From Marsupella aquatica (lineage: Eukaryota; Plantae; Marchantiophyta), in contig OZ316891.1 of NCBI GenBank assembly GCA_973895155.1, positions 22,147,168 to 22,211,167 of the forward strand: DNA of 64,000 nt, given 5' to 3'. Under the pieces are notes generated by a model. It had not been told where the DNA came from. It made no database searches and saw only the letters and a list, made by a program, of their open reading frames with translations. Made by a program: the position numbers and the translations under genes. Shown piece by piece: positions 59,380-64,000 of this stretch; position 1 is the stretch's first letter, and every line of letters starts with the position of its first letter.

Positions 59380-62300
59380 ATGATCAATTTTACACGAGGG
59401 GATGAAGTGTCATTGGTGATCGATGGATTTGAAATGGCAATTGGGATAGTTCAAAAGGTTGACCCCCAGGATACTATACAGAACATTTGTCTAGGGGACA
59501 ATCGAATTGGGGTATTGATCGAAAAGTGTTTTGATGGATCGCGTCAACTTCCATTTCCTTTGCCCAAATTTTCTACATTGGCTGAGGCAATTGACTCCTG
59601 CGTGATTTGGGATTGTGCATTGGCATACTTGAGGTCATCAACTCAGCGCCGAAGAATCAATGTCGATGATTTCTCTTTGGCTGGAGATGCTGGAAATGAT
59701 AAATCCAAAATTGATGCAAGGGTTGAGGAGGACGTGTTCAAGGAAGGAGATGAAGTTCAGATGTTCATTTTTGATCAGTTGGTTGCAAATGGAGTTGTTT
59801 TCAAGACAAATCCGATGGATATTTGTCATACTGAAACACTCGGGGTTGGTCGCATCAGTATAAGAATATCTGATATTGTTAAGGGAAATCAAAAATTGCC
59901 ATACTCGCACCCTGGAGCTGATACAATAGAAGAGGCCTTGCATACCTGGGTTATCTGGGATGTTGCGCATGTTTCTAGAAAGGGCACTCTTCAAGATTTT
60001 GGCGTGTTTGGTAGTTCAAATATTTTCAATGATCTTCCATTAAAAGATTTTACACTACGTTCCAACTGGATGGCGAAGGAGGTTGATTTGTATGACGCTT
60101 CTCGTTGTCGAAAGGTTGCAACAGGTGTTATCACGGTCCCATTTGAAACAGGTGCCGTTGACGATGAACTTCTTGGTGCAGATCATGTTGGTGTTGCTGT
60201 TGTGAATATCAATGAACCCGGATTATTTCCAAATATCCGTGTTGGTACCCCTGGCTTGGTGAGGTGGGAAATCAAATCCCTTCTATTGATTTCATCTCAA
60301 AGGTTTCTTGGGGATATCCTTGAGGAAGTTTCAGAGAAGTGGATGGAGTCGGGTCGAACTAAGGGCGATCCGGATTCGGATGGTGACGGTAAACCTACAA
60401 AAAGACCATACAATTTCATTAGGAGGACAAAAGTTGATCTTGAGGAGAGGAAGAAAAGGCATTTGGAGTCGAGGGCACTTTTGAAAATTAACGAGGAGTC
60501 CATTGATTCCATCCAAAGAGAAGGTTGTTGCAAGCTGAAGTGTTGCTTGAACATACCCAGGGAGGACTTAGAGGCAATGAGGAGGGAATACCATGGAATG
60601 TCAAGTGACAACAAAACAAGTCACATCTTTAGTCTCTTTGGGTGTAGAGAGGAGCAAGTCAAGAGAAAGGGATTTTTTGTTCTAAAGGGACGTGTGGTTT
60701 GTAAAGATGCATTTATTAAAATGCATGGGTTCAGTACAACAAAGTACTATGACTACAAAAATCAATACGAAGCTGGTTGTACAATTGGTTTCCATGGAAA
60801 TCAGGGACAACGGAAGACACGATCAAGCACTTTGCACGCTCGCGCCTTGTTGGAGTCCATTTTAATCCAAAATGGGGAACCAATGCCACATCTTCCCTAT
60901 GGTGGGTCCAACGGCACTGACACTATTGAATATCGGCTCCCATCTTGTTTTACTAAGAATAAGATTTTCCAAGAGGTGTTTACCAAGATGGAATTAGATG
61001 GGTTTGCTAAGGTTACTGAAGTTACTATGTACAACATCTGGAAAAACTCATTTGATAATTTTGACTTTCACAAGGGAAGTGCATTTGCCAAGTGCACATT
61101 TTGCACTGAGTTCAAAGATCAATTGATGCGGGAGAAGAGAAAAAAAGAGCGTGCAGAGATTGAAGAGAAAAGAGTGCGACATCTTCGTGAACAAATGTCA
61201 AGAAGATATGTTTACTATGCTCATAGGGTTCTTGCAAAGAAGGATCCTCAAAACTATCTTTGCATTATTCACGATAAGATGGATCAAGCCAAGACTTGGA
61301 TCCCCAGGTTGGTCCCCACTCCAAAATCCCTCTCTGGTAGTGGTCAGCCTTTGCCTATTGCTCTTACTGGGATGTTAACCCATGGAAGAGATCCTGGAGT
61401 GTATGCACATTTCAGTTTGACTGGACTTTGGCCTGGAGATGCAGACTTTACCGTGACATCTTTGGCCAAATGCCTCCGAGATTTGGAAGATTACACAGGA
61501 GACAAAATTGGAGACCTTCTTGAGGGATTGAATTGGAATGCAACTAGGCCAATATTTCAGTCCCTTCTAGACTTTGAAGCATTTCTGGCCGGTTACTTGG
61601 AACCCAAAAATGTTTCAATTGTTCGATTTCAAGGCATTGAAGATGGTCAGGAGACTAAAAAGTCAAGCACATGCAGTGGATGTTGGTTCTAAGGATGATC
61701 CTGAGACAGTTACTAGGGGCTCTTTCAAGCCCTTACCAAGGCACCTAACGTTGCAAATGGACAATTCAGGGAAAGATAACAAAAATCAATATGTGATGGC
61801 ATTTTGCACTGAGCTTGTTAGCAGGGGGTGTTTGAAACTGTGCAAATGTCATTCCTCATGGTTGGCCACACCCATGAAGACGTGGATGCATTATTTTCTC
61901 AAGTATCCAAACAGGTCAGATACAAAGAGGTTGCTACCCTCTTGGGGTTGATGGCTGAGGTTTGGGAGTGTGAAAGCATTCATCCTGTACCACGATTGAT
62001 TCAAGAGGTTGCATCTTACAAGGAGTATTTGAAAACTTTCCAGGTGAAAGAGATAGAAGGTCACTCAAAACTAGTGGCATTTCTTTTCTCCATGAGGGAT
62101 AATGTGCCAATGTATCAATATAAAGCACATGTCAAGCAACCTTGGCTTCCGGCAATGGGGAGGTCCATTTGGAGAACTGATCCAATCACAAATGCGCTCA
62201 TTTTACCGGAAGGTCAACCATTTGCAAAACCTATATCTGGGGATGTACAAAAGAAGGCTGGAGAAATCATCCCATTCCTTAATCGCTATATTGATTTCTT

Positions 62301-63100
62301 GAAGAAAAGTTGTAAGGATGAGACCTCTGCAGCATATAAAGAGAGATTTCCTCTGGTCAAATATTGGGAGAATCTTGTGCAAGCACTGTCCGAGGAACTT
62401 ACAATAGAAGGGGAGGGGGAAAGACATTTGCCATTGACAACTGATTTTTGGCCAAAGACTAACCATGGCACAAGTTACAAGATGATTTTGGGGACATCTC
62501 AGCCGTCAAGTGAACCTTCTCAAAATCCAGAGATGATGGACCTTCAAAATGAGTACATGGAAGAGATGGAAGATCAAGCTGCACCCTTTGTTGGTGCACG
62601 ACAAGAGCGAGAACCTGCACGTTGGATTCCTCTACAAGATATTCAAGAAGGTCACTTTGTATTTTTACGTCCAGAGGATGAATGGGAACAGGAAATGGCA
62701 AAGGGCGTTTCTGGTTGGTTCGAGCTTTGGGTGGTGTGGATCCAAACCATGAGGTTCCCTCAACAGATTTGCAACATATTGAAGGGTCTTCTTCAATGTC
62801 TGTTGAGAGCATTCCTCTTAGGAATTCTCCTATGTTCCAAGTACAATGGTGGAGCCTAAACATGGTAAGCATGATGCAAAGGATGATGTTCGATATGAAC
62901 GTTGCTTTCAAACCACTAAGACTTGGGAGCTGGATCCTGGGTTTGACAATGTTACTCAAAGTTGGCAGTTTGCAAATTCTGCAATGTATGGGTTTAAGTC
63001 AAGTGCTAAAGAACAAAATATTATGGATAGAGGTTTGACAATTCCTAAGAATGTTTTGAAAACTCTCAAAATTTACATGGAAGGTATAATTGATGAGTAG
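59380..63100 (+). mobile_element. Sola-like (DUF7869-type) DDD transposase reading frame with 3 N-terminal Tnp1/En/Spm-like domains; 4 frameshifts
   Basis: Joining ORFs 59380-61692, 61574-61951, 61828-62859, 62682-63038 and 62846-63100 gives VCKDAF..HG, CTFC..H, IIHDKMDQAKT, LTLQMDNSGKDNKNQYVMAFC and SFLMVGHTHEDVDALFS (three candidate catalytic Asp). Confidence 0.75.
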
Positions 63101-64000
63101 ATTGATAGAACTCGTAGGTTACAAGTCTCCACTCAAATGACTTGTGATTAAGAGGGTCGAGTTGATTTCCATGCGTTGGTCTAAAGTGAGAGAACAAGAC
63201 AATCAAATTAATACTCTATGATCTCTCAAAGCTATTGAATGGACTTTCTTATAATTATTATTTTATTTGTCTTAGTATATTTTAATTCTAGAAAATGATG
63301 CCATTTCATTCCTTCTAGTAGGTTGGATATCATCCTAGTTAACTTTATCTAGACACTATAGTCATTCCATTGTATTGGTGCTTAGTTAGATATCTTACTC
63401 AAGCTAAATGTTTTGAATATAGATGCTATCCAAGCTTATATGTTATTACTAGATTCTATCTATTTTCCAACCAAATGAACACTTTTATCACCCAAATGTT
63501 TTTTAATATCATTCAATTTAATATTTTACTTTCCCAAAATTTCATTTTTTTGTCCCCAAATTTACATTTAATGATGCTTGAATTTTCATTTTTCATCTTC
63601 CAAATTTATAATTTTCATGTCTAAAACTATGTTTTTAAATCGCCAAATTTCCCTATATCCTTTATAATTTCAGTTTTAATGAATATAGTGATTATTGAGC
63701 TAGTAAACAAGAAAGCCAGACACACCTTGCACTACCAGGTTTTTCATTTAAAAAAGGTGCAAAAACCTAAGCTGTTAGGAGAAAGGAGAACGTGCCATCT
63801 TGCGGTTATCCAGATTTTGCACCTATGAAGTGTGCATTTAGAGAGACCCCTCTATAAGTGAGGGCTCTGCCCTTGACGGGAAACCCGTGACCTGTGAGAC
63901 GGGAAACCCCGTCGACGCCCTACGGGCCCAGCTTTGATTCGCCCTAATCATTACTCAGAAGCCCACGACTCGTAAACGAGAAAGAGAGAAAAAAGGAAAG

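Overview
Eukaryotic nuclear DNA from a land plant, probably a bryophyte (inferred from protein style and GT-AG introns). Six intact host genes: an F-box/kelch protein (-), gamma-glutamyl hydrolase (-, 2 exons), alpha-glucan phosphorylase (+, at least 14 exons), an intronless MRE11 (-), splicing factor SF3A1 (-, 2 exons) and an intronless GH3 beta-glucosidase (+). Gene relics: a PRP6/STA1-like HAT-repeat ORF running off the left edge, whose upstream exon-intron unit is amplified four times in tandem; an F-box fragment; and a nardilysin-like first-exon pseudogene. Transposons defined from their structure: a Tourist/Harbinger MITE with TTA target-site duplication (TSD), two short solo LTRs with 5-bp TSDs, a 3-kb Mutator-like element with 75-bp terminal inverted repeats (TIRs), Helitron-like 3' ends and a 1.25-kb TIR element. 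The most unusual locus is at 58.9-63.1 kb: a ~1240-codon Sola-like DDD transposase reading frame with four frameshifts, carrying three tandem N-terminal Tnp1/En/Spm-like domains and preceded by a 73-bp palindromic repeat array. All family assignments come from motif recognition; no searches were run.
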